From contig NC_042997.1 of the NCBI RefSeq assembly GCF_006345805.1, positions 173,848,001-173,912,000 of the forward strand: a stretch of 64,000 bases of DNA, written 5' to 3'. Of the stretch, positions 24,521 to 39,475 are shown piece after piece. This stretch comes from Octopus sinensis. Lineage: Eukaryota. A model generated the notes under the pieces. The model saw only the letters and a program-made list of their open reading frames with translations. It was not told the DNA's origin and did no database searches. How positions within the stretch are numbered: position 1 is the first letter of the stretch; each line of letters begins with the position of its first letter. Made by a program: the position numbers and the translations under genes.

Positions 24521-24919
24521 TCAACCTGTACATAACTGCACCTTCTATTTTTTTGTTGTTTTGTACTGCTTAAAGGCACGTTTCTTTCCTGCCAAGTTTA
24601 CTGTTTATACCATGTTTGTGTTCTCCCAGTCAACAGCCTTATAATTACTGGCACTTTAAATTCTTCGCTTGCTTATTTGTGTGAATAAAATCGTTTTTCT
24701 TTGGAATAGAAAAAAAGTCTATCTTTATTTCTTCTTTTGCTGGTGTCTCAAATTTAGGTTAAATCAGTGTTTTTCAAATGGGAAAAATTTTGGTTTAAAT
24801 GTTTAACAACTCAGCACCGTCCATTGGGTGGGTGGGGGTCGTTTTGCTCGTAATCTAATATAGGCCGTTCAAACTGCACATAAAGTTAGACTAAGTGACT
24901 ATTCTTCGATAAAAAGGTT

Positions 24920-25490
24920 CTACTCAGCAAGGTCTCCGTGACAAACAATGCATTTGTGCCATCGTTGAACTCAAATTTCGAATCCTCTGTGAAAACTTCT
25001 GGTGTGCATTTTCATACACACTTCTTAACATCCACATTTACTCCGTTTGTACCATCAAACGGGTTTTTACTGGAAACAGATCTTCATTTGACCGAACAGG
25101 TGGATGTTGGAAGGCGCCAAATCCAGACTATACAGAGGTTGATGAACCAGTGGCCAGTCCATTTTGTCGATTGCCTTATTTGTTGCTAAACGTACGTGTG
25201 GCCATGCACTATTATGGTGAATGTAGATCATTTTCAGATTCTAGTTCGATCGTTTCTCCTAATGGTTTCTCTAAGCTATTTGAGTGTTCCCGATTGTTGT
25301 TCATGGTACAGCTACGTTTTAGAAAATGAAGGAAAAAGATGCCCTTGTCACAGAAAAAAAAAACTTCATCATAACTGTCTGTGCTGCTCATGGCTCTTGA
25401 ACCCTTAGGGCCTGGAGATGAGGTATAACAACTTCCATGGACTGTTTCTTCGTTTCCGGATCATAAAGATATATCCACATTTCACTCACT
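24920..25490 (-). pseudogene. Decayed mariner (DD34D-type) transposase, catalytic C-terminal part
   Basis: Minus strand EMWIYLYDPETKKQSM..., HNSAWPH, LYSLDLAPSNIHLFGQMK (YSPDLAP-like), RWHKCIVCHGDLAE*; stops and frameshifts. Confidence 0.85.
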
Positions 25491-25505
25491 TCACTATATC
25501 TGATA

Positions 25506-25665
25506 TACGAGGTCTGATCAATAAGTATCCGGACTGTTGCTATAGTAACAAAGCTATAAAGTACGCAGAGTGAAGCCGCTGGGCAAAGATTAACCTTGTA
25601 CTCTGCTGTGTATGTGCACTAAGTCTTAACGTTCTAGCTCACTTACGCTGTTTACAGTAGTTGGC
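25506..25665 (+). mobile_element. Mariner-like TIR-bearing fragment
   Basis: TA|CGAGGTCTGATCAATAAGTATCCGGAC terminus resembling mariner TIRs. Confidence 0.55.
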
Positions 25666-26750
25666 TGGAACCTGCTTTTATTAGCTTCGAAAGTATGAAG
25701 GTAAAAGTGGACCTCGGTATGGTTTAAATTCAGTTTGTAAAAGGGTGGAACAAATGCTAGAAAACCCGTTTTTTCCACGTTGTAATGATTCTGCCTGCTT
25801 ATCCCGTTTTCACACAAACATACACACACACAGACACACATATGGTTAAATGTATTTATGTGTTGTGTTAGGATTTGATGGCTAATTCTATCAATGACTT
25901 TTACAAGAACAAATGTAAACAATATTTGCGATTCCTTCCAAATGTCAACGCCACATTCGTATTCGTTAAATGGTTGCAAAGAAATTGACTGGATCGCATC
26001 AACGTTCTACAAACGAAAAACAGTACATTTGAATGGATATAGTTTACGTTGTTTTCATCCGAAAGAGTTAACACTTCTTATAACAATCATTCATTTCGTG
26101 TGTTACCGGATCGATGACACAAGTGCCGGCTAAAGTACTGAGGGCGATATCGTCAACAAAATCTTCTGAAAGACTGTACCACAGCAAAATTCTGGGGTTA
26201 ATAACGAAATAGAAAACAATATAAGTAACATTGACCATAACATTTCTATAACTATAATCATAGAAAATAACTGTACCTATTCTTGAAATTTAATAGTGCA
26301 TCTACTCCGAAGAAATAAATTCTGATTTGATGTAGTGGATTAAATATTGAAAGGTTAATTAATACTAAATGGGAGGTCTTATAATCGCCTTAATGGATTT
26401 AACAACTTCAGATGAGATTAAGAGTAAAGACGCAGAGAGTTCTACTTGCATACATATATGCATCCTTACGTTTCTGAATATATGTATGTAGCATTACGGA
26501 TATGAATTGTTTATATAGTGAGAATTAAAAACTTATAAATATAATCGTAATTAAGAGAATGTTTTAAGAATTAATATGCAAACGATTCTGACTAGAAATC
26601 GGTGTTTGTATATTTGTAACTTAACTAAAAGGAAGCCAGTTGAAAACTAGGGTATTAGGGTATTAGAACCGTATGCAACCTAAAGAGTTTTATTTTTCTT
26701 AAGATAGGAAATCATGATATCTGAAGATCTGTTTCTCTCTCACACACACA

Positions 26751-26783
<33 letters not shown>

Positions 26784-26968
26784 CACACACACACACATGC
26801 ACGCACGCATGCGCACACACACATATGCACATGTGTGTGTGTGCGGAGTACCCCATTAACTACTTATCAGGCCGAAGATACCTTTGTTAAATGGAGTTTG
26901 TAATGTAGTCAAGGTGACCCAACCTAACTACCAGGTGATATGACTTATAGATTTATACATACGTACAA

Positions 26969-27030
<62 letters not shown>

Positions 27031-27055
27031 ATATATATATATATATATATATATG

Positions 27056-27248
27056 CAGTAATCCCTCGACTATTGCGGGTGTTACGTTCCCAAACCCACG
27101 CAGTAGGTGAAAATCCGCGAAGTAGAAACTATTCTATAATTTGTATATAATTATTTTATTATAAATGCAAAACAACACCACGGAGGAAACGACGTAAGCT
27201 TAAAAAATAAACCACGATAGGTAAACCCGATATGGCGAGGGATTATTG
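27056..27248. mobile_element. Pogo/Tigger-like MITE
   Basis: TIRs cagtaatccctcg / cgagggattattg; TA at the right end and a TA tract at the left end. Confidence 0.75.
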
Positions 27249-27261
27249 TATTTATACATAT

Positions 27262-27590
27262 ATCTGATACCCCTCTCGGTCATGACTGACCATGGGATTG
27301 CACCTAGAAATTTGCCATCCCAGGAACAAGTCCAGGCAGAGTTGTTTATGTAAGACCAGCAGTCGCCCATGTATACCGGCCTCCCATCTACACGCCACCA
27401 GTGTTATCCAAGGGAAAGGCAAGGGCCGATACAGCTTGGCACCTTTGACGTCGCAACTCATTTCTACAGCTGGAGCAACGTGAAATAAAGTGTCTTGCTC
27501 AAGAACACAACACGCAGCCCGGTCCGGGATTCCAACTCACAACCACGCGATCGTAAGCTCGACGCTCTAACCACTGAGCCATGCGCCTTC
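27262..27590 (-). mobile_element. tRNA-derived SINE family D
   Basis: Minus head gaaggcgcatggctcagtggttagagcg...gagttggaatcccgg; tgttcttgagcaagacactt. Confidence 0.8.
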
Positions 27591-27705
27591 ACATAAACAC
27601 ACACACACACACACACACACACTTATATATATATATATACATACATACATACATACATACATACATACATACATACATACATACATACATACATACATAC
27701 ATACA

Positions 27706-27737
<32 letters not shown>
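27591..27737. repeat. CA/TA/(TACA)n microsatellite
   Basis: Direct inspection. Confidence 0.95.
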
Positions 27738-29452
27738 ACCCGGAACCATTTTGTCGGGAAGGAAGCTCAGATTAGCAATGTGTGTTCTGAGACTGGTGGG
27801 GATCTCTAGAGCAAGTGCTCAATGACTCCGTGCTTTAAGGTAAGCATGGACTGTGTTTTTCTCGAGAAGCAGGCCGCAAGAGACATGGATAATCATCAGG
27901 CAGGTCGCACTATTACAAGCGTGGCATTCAGAAATCCAGGTGACAGATTTACATTCTCAGAGAAACACAATTGAATGTAAAACTTACGCTGATATTTTCT
28001 TCTGCACAAAAATATACACGAAACAAACAGATGCAAACGTTAATAGTCTTTAAATAATATTATCTTTCTTTCATAGAATAATTGGATCCTGCAAGAGCTT
28101 TTTAATGGTATAAGCATTGAAATAACATTCAACAGCTTAGCTATTAATATTCATGTAGATGGCGCCTTAGAATTACTAAATTTATTAAGAATCTTTAAAA
28201 ATGGCTCAATCAAATTAGACGAATTGCCGCCAATCTCAGCGTTAAAAATAAAAATAAAAGTCCACAACGTAAATTCGAGTCAAAATCGAAACTGTTAAGG
28301 AGTAAATGTGCATGTGTGTGTGTGTGTGTGTGTGTTTATATATATATACACACACATTAACGTACGTATATAAGCACACATAAATGCATGGATGTGTGCG
28401 TACTTGTGTGTGCGCGCGCGTGCGTGCATATATTTGTGTGTATATGTGTGTGTTTGATTGTGTACTCATAAAATATGCCCAATATTTTGTCTCTTCGTTC
28501 TGTTCAACATTAACAAGTTGATACAAACAGACTCCATTTAATTTCATTTCTTTTCCCTTTCTCTCTCGCTCTTTATCTATTTTTCTTTCTTCCCCTCACT
28601 CTCTCAAACTCACACTCTTCCTACTCGCTCCCCCTCTCTCTCCGTCCTCTCTCTCTCTCTTTATCCTCTCTCTATCTCTCTATCCGTCTGTGTCCCTTGT
28701 TTCATCTGTAAGCACTTTAAAGACGTGCACTCAAGAGTACATATTTTATGGAAGTCAGCCAAACAGCGAGTTGGCAGAATCGTTAGCACGCCGGACAAAA
28801 TGCTCGGCAGCATATTTTCGGGTACTACATTCTGAGTTCAAACCTCACTGAGGTTTACTTTACTTTTACTTTCATTTCATGTTCGATAAAATAAGTACCT
28901 ATTTCTTTACTACTCACAAGGGGCTAAACACAGAGAGGACAAACAAGGACAGACAAACAAATTAAGTCGATTATGTCGACCCCAGTGCGTTAGTTGTACT
29001 TATTTAATCGACACCGAAATGATAAAAGGCAAAGTCGACCTCGGCGGAATAATAATTCCACGAGCTACTTGTAACGCAGTGGAACTCGGTATCACGAATA
29101 TCCTACGACTGTCAAAGTAGCTCGCTAGTTCAATAAAATAAGTACCGTCTGATTATTGACGTCAATGTAGCCGACTAGCCCTTTCCCTAAAATTTAAGGC
29201 CTTGTGCTTATAGTAGAAAGAATATGGTGATCAGTGCACCAGAAGATCACATCGTCCATACACCTTTCATTGAGGTTAAACTATATTTCATTAAATGATA
29301 TATTAATTAGTTATTCATAAGAAACAATGTATAACGACAAAGCATTTGATACAAACGACCGGAACATCGAATAATGTTACGTAACAACACCATATTCGCT
29401 TTTTTAATCTGAATGGTAAATACATAGAAATACACTCACACACACACACACA

Positions 29453-29513
<61 letters not shown>

Positions 29514-29974
29514 GTATGTATAGTCAATTCGAGGATGTTATATCCTCATTGGGGATTACACAATCCAAGATATTGCATTAGTTAATCTCTAACATATAAT
29601 GCGAAAAGTCACTGGTATATGTTAGGGATTATTGTAATTATATATATTATTAATATTGAAGGAAAGAAAATGAAGAAAAAAAAATGGATGTATGAATAAT
29701 TCATTTATATGTTATAATATGTTGAAAATATATTTTAAAAAACATAACAATGCAAATAAATTGATTATAAGTTGCGAAGCTAAAATAAATAAATAAATAA
29801 ATAACCTACATATATGTTTTTGTACTTCCGCTTGTTGATCAGAGATTCTAAGATAAAGCTCATAATAACTCTGAAGAAGTGCTACCCTGTATATTTAGAA
29901 TATGATACCTTTCTTAGCATTTAACCAAATGCTTAGAATTTCTGACAATTAGGGGATAATCCTGAACGATATTC

Positions 29975-30365
29975 TTTTATTATTTTACTTGTTCCAGTCA
30001 TTTGAGTGCAGCCATGCTGGAGCACCACCTTTAGTTGAGCAAATCGACCCCAGGACTTATTCTTTGTAAGTCTAGTACTTATTCTATCGGTCTCTTTTGC
30101 CGAACCGTTAAGTTACGGGGATGGAAACACGCTAGCATCAAGTGATGTTGGGTGGGACAAACACACAAACACACACACACACAGATATATACATATATAC
30201 GACGGGCTTCTTTCAGTTTCCGTCTACTAAATCCACTCACAAGGCTTTGGTCGACCCGAGGCTATAGTAAAAGACACTTGCTCAAGGTGCTACGCAGTGG
30301 GACTGAACCAGGAACCATGTGGTTGGTAAGCAGGCTTCTTAGCACACAGCCACTCCTACGCCTAC
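29975..30365 (-). mobile_element. SINE family B, near complete
   Basis: Same motifs as 5116-5487, reverse strand. Confidence 0.85.
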
Positions 30366-30829
30366 GTGTATATTTCTTTTACTTTGTCTATAAAAGATTT
30401 GTTCTTGCAATGAATTATAGGTTCGTATTGCTTGAAAGTTAAGATAACCGGGATAGTTATGATTGGAAAGCATTTTATAAGGGCCGGCCTAGGATGAGCA
30501 GTAGCAACATCAAGCAACATATTTTAACAAAAACATTTCTCTATCCCTGCTTTTGCACTTTCTCCCTCTTATATTCACAACACAAAGTCCTTCGTACTCA
30601 TTCCTTCTCAGTATCTCTCACTAATTCTCCTTCTCCCTCTCACTCACTCTCTCAGATTCTCATATGCACTTTTATACATGGATACATACGTGCATGCTTG
30701 CATACAGCAATTAGGCATAACACAAACAGATGTGTACATTACATTACATTTCATTCCATTTCCAATATATCCAAACCAAACGGCCTTCTAATCTATATCT
30801 AAAGACGGATAGACCAAGCTAGCATAAAC

Positions 30830-31056
30830 ACACACATACTCACACACACACATACTCACACACACACACACATACACACACACGCACATACACACCACAT
30901 TAGTATATATACGAAGAATATATGTATAAATGAAATAATAAAAATAATACAGTATTTATTATAAATAACCACTATAACAAAAATGGAGCGAATGCAAACT
31001 ATCAAATGAATACATGTTTGAGTGTATTCGTATTTGCATATATGTACGTGTATACA

Positions 31057-31090
<34 letters not shown>

Positions 31091-31127
31091 ATACATATAT
31101 ACATATACATATACACACACATACACA

Positions 31128-31187
<60 letters not shown>

Positions 31188-31275
31188 CATATATATATAT
31201 ATATTATATATATATGTGCATATATATATATATTATATATATATGTGTATATATATATATGTGTATATATATATG

Positions 31276-31307
<32 letters not shown>

Positions 31308-31350
31308 ATGTATGTATATAAATATATATATATATATGTATATATATGTA
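30830..31350. repeat. Compound CA/TACA/TA microsatellite
   Basis: Direct inspection. Confidence 0.95.
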
Positions 31351-31777
31351 AGCGCTTGTTTTCTCTTTGATACTATGGCGCTGTGTTTGAGAAGAAACTT
31401 AAACGTTAATGTAGTGTTTGTGCAAATAATTTTGTGTCTGATCAACCGTTTGTAAGCATTCTTGACAGATAAAGTGAGAAACACGCGTACGAAAGGGATT
31501 AAGACTACAGCAACAACAGCCACAACCGGCATTATAGTCATCATCATCATAATCATCATCATGCACAGCAATAGCAATAACAGCAAAAACGAAAACATCA
31601 CCAGCAGCAGCAACAGCAACAGCAACAACAATAACCACAACAGTAAAACCGAAAACAGCCGAAATAACAATCAGCAATTGATGCAACAATGCAACAACGC
31701 AACAATAGCATCGACAGCAGTTGCACTTGTAGGAGAAATATCACAGCGTCACACCAAGTCATAACACCACCACTGCC

Positions 31778-32225
31778 GCCGCAACCATGGTTCATGGTCT
31801 CAAAAATTTGTCCTATGAAGAAAGGCTGAGGACGCTCGACCTTTATTCTCTTGAAAAACGCCGCCGCCGTGGGGATCTCATTCTCGCCCACAACATCATA
31901 AGCGGAAAGTGTAACCTCTCGAAAGAGCTGTTCTTCACTCCTGCTCCAGAGCGTCGGCTGCGGGGTCATTCCGAAAAGCTCTACCTGCGATGATTTCATC
32001 TCAATCGAAGGAGAGGAGCTTTCTCCGTCCGGGTTGCGGATCCGTGGAACAAGCTGCCAGACAAGATGGTGAAGATGCCGACGACCGCTTTGTTCAAAGC
32101 CTCCCTTGACCTCAAGTGGCCTGAACTCTTTACATGAACACCACCCTGTACTTAACTCCATGTCCCCTTATATGGCCTTGCTATTTGCTTTTGAGCCAAA
32201 TTAACTAACTAACTAACTAACTAAC
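31778..32225 (+). pseudogene. 5'-truncated CR1-clade LINE with (AACT)n tail
   Basis: MVHGLKNLSYEERLRTLDLYSLEKRRRRGDLI...RRLRGHSEKL..*...WNKLP...FKASLD; one in-frame TGA; terminal aact repeats. Confidence 0.9.
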
Positions 32226-32369
32226 CATTATTGCCACCACCACCACAACCAATCCCAAACAGATTCCCTCTGTTACACAACTATGTTACTGAGTAGTGCT
32301 TGAAATCCCTTAAAGATCACATGATCTCATTTTCACTATAGGCAAAAGGCCGGGAATTCTGGAGGAAAG

Positions 32370-32705
32370 GGGTTAGTCGATTGATCCCCATTTATCCCCA
32401 GTGCTTAACTGGTACTTGTTTCATCGACTCCTGAAAGAATGAAAGTCAAAATCAACTTTGGTGGAATTTGAACTCAGAACGTATCGGCAGACGAAATACC
32501 TATTTCTTTGCTACCCACAAGGGGCTAAACACAGAGAGGACAAACAAGGACAGACAAACGGATTAAGTCGATTATATCGACCCCAGTGCGCATCTGGTAT
32601 TTATTTAATCGACCCCGGAAGGAGGAAAGGCAAAGTCGACCTCGGCGTAATTTGAACTCAGAACGTAGCGGCAGATGAAATACCGCTAAGCATTGTGTCC
32701 GGCAT
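32370..32705 (-). mobile_element. SINE family A copies
   Basis: Family A motifs, reverse strand. Confidence 0.8.
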
Positions 32706-34053
32706 GCAAACGACGACGACAAGATGACAACAACAACAATATTTTGATATAGGCACAAGGCCTGAATTTGATAGGGTTGGGTCAGTTGCTTGGTAACTTA
32801 TCGTCACTAGCGTAATAAAAGCCAAATTTGACTCCTATAGGATTTGAACGTAAAACGACATTCTGTGTCTTCAGAGTTTATCCTAAATCAACCATTCTCC
32901 ATTGCTGCTCTACCAAAACAATGATATCTGGATGTTATCTTTCATGCTGCAGCTCTTCAGTCGATCTTCATTGATACTCAGAGGATATCTCTTGCCAACT
33001 ATTAATCCTCTATAGTAGAGATTCTCAGCCTGTTTTGCATCACGGACCGGTTTCATGCATGTCGATCTTTCCATGGATCAGAAGATCCGGCGCATAAAAT
33101 AATTTATTGGAGTATGAAGAAAATTTTGAGTGAAGCAAGTACTGGAATATGGTCCTGGAGGTGGTGGTAACTCTTCAAGATAAAACACTCTTCTAACTGA
33201 TAGTCAATAAAATAGAAATAAAATTTTAAAATTTATTCTTTCTGTGCGTCCGGTATCAAATTACTAATAACCACGTGCCGGGACCCCTACTCAAAGAGAA
33301 TGTAACGGTTGAAGTACCACTGGACAATATTGCTCGACTAGTAGAGACCTGTGAATGTTTAACTTCCAAATGTCAAGTGCCCAATTTATTTCTTCGCTTC
33401 AGCCTGGAATACATCTCCGCCAAAGAGACGAGTTGTAAAAGAAACAGCCTGATGAGGCCATCCTACATACACTCGCCGTCTAGGAATCGATGATGAGCAT
33501 TCAGTTTTCGCTCAAATAACTGAATTCCTTCACGTAAAATATGCGTAAGTGGCTAATTATTCCACGGACAATTGAACTCTTAAGAGAATCCATTAGGTTG
33601 AAACAGAGTGACATAAAGCGGCTTGAAACTGGAATACCACCTTTGCTGTCTTTAATGCTTGCTGCAACATGAAAATAATCCGGACCTATGCTTCACGCAC
33701 ATAATCCAGTCGGGAAGAGAAAGAGAGAAATAGAGAAGGTGGAATTGAAAATATTTTTCTAAAATGAGAATAATAAAAGGTGGAAAGTATTCGATAATGA
33801 CAGTAAAGTAGCCAATAGTGTGTTAACTAACTAAATACTATAAAATAACGTGTGATGAAAAATTGTTGAATCGCTGTGGATATAAGCAAGTAGGAGAAAT
33901 AAACGAGTTACTGATTGCACACAGCTTATTTTCTGTTATTTAATCAAGTTTATGTAGCCTTGTGCATTTCATAGCGATAGCATTCAACATTCATTGAAAA
34001 ATATTAGGTCTGTTCATTATTTCTAATAAAAAGAAGCATGAACTTGAGTAATA

Positions 34054-34563
34054 TCTATATATATAAAATTGTAGTTGTGTGAGTGTCTGTCCCCTTCGAT
34101 TTAGATTCCTAACTACTCCCACATTTTGCGGTGCAGTTTAACCAAATTCGGGTATCTTATAGTCGTGATTCATATCGAGCCCGTCTGAGTATTAGCGCGC
34201 GTCTACGATGAGTTTACGATTTTAAAAATAATTTAACATCATTTTTTATTCCATTTTAATGTATAATTTTTCGTGTGTCGATGGCGGCGGAGTTGGCGTC
34301 CATGGTCACACCTGCACCTGTGTTGCTTTTCCCCCTTCTTCCCTCGTGAAGCTGTGGGGAAGGGAGTGTAAGGAAATCAACGTCGTAAAGCGTTGTCAAG
34401 GAGACCAGCGTTCTTTTAGAACAACGACTTCATGGCTTGAAGACATCAAAACAGAAATGGCTAAGAAAGCCCGAATTGGCATCTATATGGGAAGTAACTC
34501 TCTAAAAATGCTTATATAGTTATTTCCCTTACAAACCCGAGCAACGCCGGGCGATACTGCTAG
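34054..34563 (+). mobile_element. Non-autonomous Helitron-like element
   Basis: A|TCTATATATATAAAA 5' end; 3' cccgagcaacgccgggcgatactgCTAG|T with a small GC hairpin; homologous to 6844-7237 but with extra internal sequence. Confidence 0.8.
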
Positions 34564-35004
34564 TTGTAAATATATTTATTACATGCATTTGTCCTTTCTA
34601 CTGGAAAATAAATAAAGCCATCACTTTCCGCTCAGGAAAATACTTCCACATTCTTCGCTTACTGTTATTTATCTGTTAATATATTTATCTTTATTTAAAA
34701 AATTTTTTTTTGTGGTGGAAGGTACAAAACATTTTCATTTTTTTTTAAACTTTCAATTCGTATTTTTTAATTTCCATTGAAGCATAGCATATGAACCGCA
34801 TACCGTAACCAGTAGAATTACATTATGTCATCGTTGATACCAATAATCTTAGTGATAGTAAAATAATTAACATAAAAAAAAACGAGACAACGTAGACGTT
34901 TTTACGTGATCAATCGACTTTCTTCATTGGAAAATTTATCTGATGCACTAAATTATGTGATTGTCTCGGCTGCGACATCTTTGATCGGAGATCTTATTTA
35001 GAGC

Positions 35005-35385
35005 TCACCTATTTCTTTACTACCCACAAGGGGCTAAACACAGAGATAACAAACAAGGACAGACAAACGGATTAAGTCGAGTATATCGACCCCAGTGCGT
35101 AACTGGTACTTATTTAATCGAACGTAACTGGTACTTATTTAATCGAACTTATTTAATGGAACGTAGCGGCAGACGAAATACCTGTCCTATATAACAAGGA
35201 CAGACAAACGGATTAAGTCGATTATATCGATCCCAGTGCGTAACTGGTACTTAATTTAACGACCCCGAAAGGATGAAAGGCAAAGTCGACCTCGGCGGAA
35301 TTTGAACTCAGAACGTAACGGCAGACAAAATACGGCTACGCATTTCGTCCGGCGTGCTAACGTTTCTGCCAGCTCGCCGCCTTAC
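35005..35385 (-). mobile_element. SINE family A with reiterated 3' modules
   Basis: Family A motifs, reverse strand. Confidence 0.85.
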
Positions 35386-36084
35386 CTTTAGAGCTCACCT
35401 ATGGCTAATAACAACATCAGCACAAACATAAACATAACAACAGAAACGATATTAATTAGTAAAAAAAAAATGATAATATTTGCAACAGCAATAACAAATA
35501 TCTATAATTAACGAAATAGATGCATAAATAAATAACGACCAGAGTTAGAGAAAACAGTAGTATAGTTATTGCCAAGAAAGACGGCAATTTGGCAGAATCA
35601 TTAGAGCGTCGGATAGGTTGACTATGTCTGCCGGTTCTCTGTGTTCTATGTTCAAATCCAGCTGAGGCCGTCTTTGCATTCCATCTTTTTGTGATCAGTA
35701 AATAAAGTACAATCCAGTACTGATATTGATTTCAGCCACTCGCTTGCGTTCTTTGTCTTTCCTGCTGAAATGTGTCAGTAAAACAGAGATTCACTTTTAT
35801 TTCCATGGAACAGCACACATTGAGGTTAAGAAAGGTGGCATTCCAGTTTCAATCCGCATTGGTTATTCTGGTTATTCAGAGTGCGTGGAATAATTAGACA
35901 CTTACACGTATTTTACGAGAAGGAATTCAGCTGGCTGAATGAAAACTGAATGCTCGTCTTCGATACCGATGGAGAACCTATTACATTAACAAGAAATTTA
36001 TAATGCAAAGAATTGCAAAGAATTTGAATGAATAAAGCAAAAATGGAAGTTAAACAACAATAATTACTTTCTTTACTCTTTTAG

Positions 36085-36745
<661 letters not shown>

Positions 36746-37069
36746 ACAATTAAAATAACATAGTATTAAATATAATAAACGCAACAATAAAGTAAAAATA
36801 ATAGTAACATATAATCACAACAACAATAACACTAACAACGAAATATAAACAGCGGAATATGCAAAATCTCACCAAAAGAAGTAAATAAATACTATATAAT
36901 TACATAAATAAATGAATACACATCTGTAAACGAAGATAAACAATAATATAAGGAAAAGAAAAGGGGAAAATAACCAAAAGCTCTCTAGGAGCACTGTTTA
37001 AATCAGTGGAGTGACCTGGGTAATATACGGAAGAGCAGAGTCTATTGCAGAGGTCTAACAGTCTCTACA

Positions 37070-37072
37070 ATA

Positions 37073-37132
<60 letters not shown>

Positions 37133-37531
37133 GTTTGTTCAGCTCTTAAATCCAATTCTTCTGTTCGCCTCATCAAATCTTTAGTTTGCCTGATACTTCT
37201 GACAGCGTTTTCTTTTTCAACTTGTTGATACACGTTTTCTGTCAGACGAAATCAAGTCTTCAAACTCGCCTCGCGCCATCTTTAAGTCAGAATGATTTCT
37301 GTCCGTCTGTCTGAATGTATGTATGTATGCGTACATGTATGCTTGCTTGTATGAATGTATGTTTGTATGTATTATATGTATGTATATATATATATATGCT
37401 TGTTTATATGAAAGTATGTTTGTATGTATACATGTTTTTTCATATGTACGTGTGATTGTACCAGTGTATATATCTTTGTATATATGCATATCTATTTGTA
37501 TGTGTGTGTATGTATGCTTGCATTTTTATTA

Positions 37532-37590
<59 letters not shown>

Positions 37591-37624
37591 CAGACAAACA
37601 GGTATACATACATGCAGACACACA

Positions 37625-37672
<48 letters not shown>

Positions 37673-37895
37673 GTGTGTGTGTGTGTATGTATACCTGTTT
37701 GTCTGTATGCATGTATGTATATATGAATGTATGCAAATATGTATGTTTGTATGCACGTATGTGTGTTTGTATTTATACAAATGCATATGTACGTCATTGT
37801 GTATTGAGTGTTGTGACAAGAATGGAACGCACATATTTGCCACTGTTGCTGTTGATGATGATGATATAAGGACAATGGTGATAATAATAATAATA

Positions 37896-37941
<46 letters not shown>

Positions 37942-37945
37942 TCAA
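37070..37945. repeat. (AAT)n tracts and compound TATG/TA/CA microsatellites
   Basis: Direct inspection. Confidence 0.85.
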
Positions 37946-38506
37946 ATAATTTCAAAAGGATCAACATAACAATAATATTAACCAGAAGAGGAAGATAAAG
38001 AAAAATAATAGAAAAACTATTATTTTTCTTCAGTAAAGAATTAGAGAAGGAAGTTGGAATCGAAATAATGTTGTGTGCTGCACAAGTCTTCCACAAGTGT
38101 TTTGGTTGAAGTAAGTGATGGAACAGAACCTATGGAAGTAGTATTAATTCAGAGAGCAAACACTGTCTGAAACATTGATACAGGGCATGATGACTACCAC
38201 GACTACGACAACGACGATAACGACTTTTATGCTTATTGCTGTTGAGTTTTTGGTTTGTCATTTGCTTGATACATATTCGTATTACATTTGCGCTTTCTCT
38301 TGAGGGTCAGGATTTCTCCTCAAACGCAGAATGCTCACTGACCGCCTCGCAAGACATTAATGAGAACCAAAACAAACACGGACACACCACACACACATAA
38401 CAAACATATGAATGTTATAGGAATATATATCTATAATAATATATATATAATAATAGGAATATATATCTATAATAATAAAAGTATATCATAATAATTAATA
38501 TATATA

Positions 38507-38712
38507 CTCCGATTTAAAGCGACATGTATCTAAATTAACTGAAAAATGAAGAGCGAAATCTGACTAGAATCGAAATCACGTGTCAACGCTAACACGACTC
38601 CTTGCGCATCCGACTAAGCCAGGACGTTCACCCATAAATTTCAGTCTTGATAATATACGGAGAAAAAGCGACGGAAGTCTTTTGTTTTGGTAAATGTCGC
38701 TTTAAATCGGAG
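38507..38712. mobile_element. Tc1/mariner-type MITE
   Basis: 19-bp TIRs ctccgatttaaagcgacat / atgtcgctttaaatcggag flanked by TA on both sides. Confidence 0.85.
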
Positions 38713-39294
38713 TATATATGTTATTTTATATATTGTGATATAGTTATTATTGTATAAAAAAAAAACTTTCGTAGACGTTTTTTTTTCCGTGACTTATCAA
38801 GCCTCCGGGTTTGTTTACAAATGTTGAAGCTTACCTCCCAACCACATGGTCCCGGGTTCAGTCGTACCACGTGGCACCTTGAGCAAATGTTGTCGACTAT
38901 AGTATCGAGCCGACTAAAACCTCATGAATGGATTTTTAGACGGAAACTGAACGAAGCCCGTCGTATATATATATATATGACGGGCTTCTATATTGCTGGT
39001 ATGTGCGTGTGTATGTGTTTACGTATATACTCCTACGCCTTTGCGCCCACGTGTGTATAAGTTGTAATTCAAAAGTTCACATTTGTCCAGTTGTGGCATA
39101 TTAATTCTGCCTCGGAATTACATGAAAGTTACAAGTGTCTATGTAAAGCTGAACCACTTTAATACTAATGCAATGAGTAGGCAATTAGATCGATGGAAAG
39201 ATTGAATATTCAAAGTCGAAACCGACGGGGAATGTATGCATGTAAACGAACAGAACAGGATTGCAGGGACCACAAAAAAACAAAAAAAAAAACA

Positions 39295-39475
39295 AGAACT
39301 ATGGGTGTCCAAACCTAACTCCTTGCCTTCTGCCCCAACAGACCACCAGTCTCCGACCTGTGGCAGAGCCCTCCGTGTAAGCATCGAATTGATCGGCGAC
39401 AGCCGGACATATCGTGTCCCGTCTTCTTCTACCATGTTATGTCCTTGGTCATCGCCGACAACGACGGACGAACTG
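39295..39475 (+). pseudogene. RTE-clade LINE extreme 3' fragment
   Basis: SPTCGRALRVSIELIGDSRT resembles the RTE terminal C2H2-like motif; tail gtcatcgccgacaacgacggacgaac. Confidence 0.6.

Noticed and set aside
32890-33493. Coding-looking stretch including ORF 33275-33493
   Set aside because: Stops interrupt all longer frames, no family is recognised, and it partly overlaps a dispersed repeat.
33443-33500. CTGATGA-GGC...GCC hammerhead-like start
   Set aside because: No GAAA follows helix II, and there is no helix I or III pairing.
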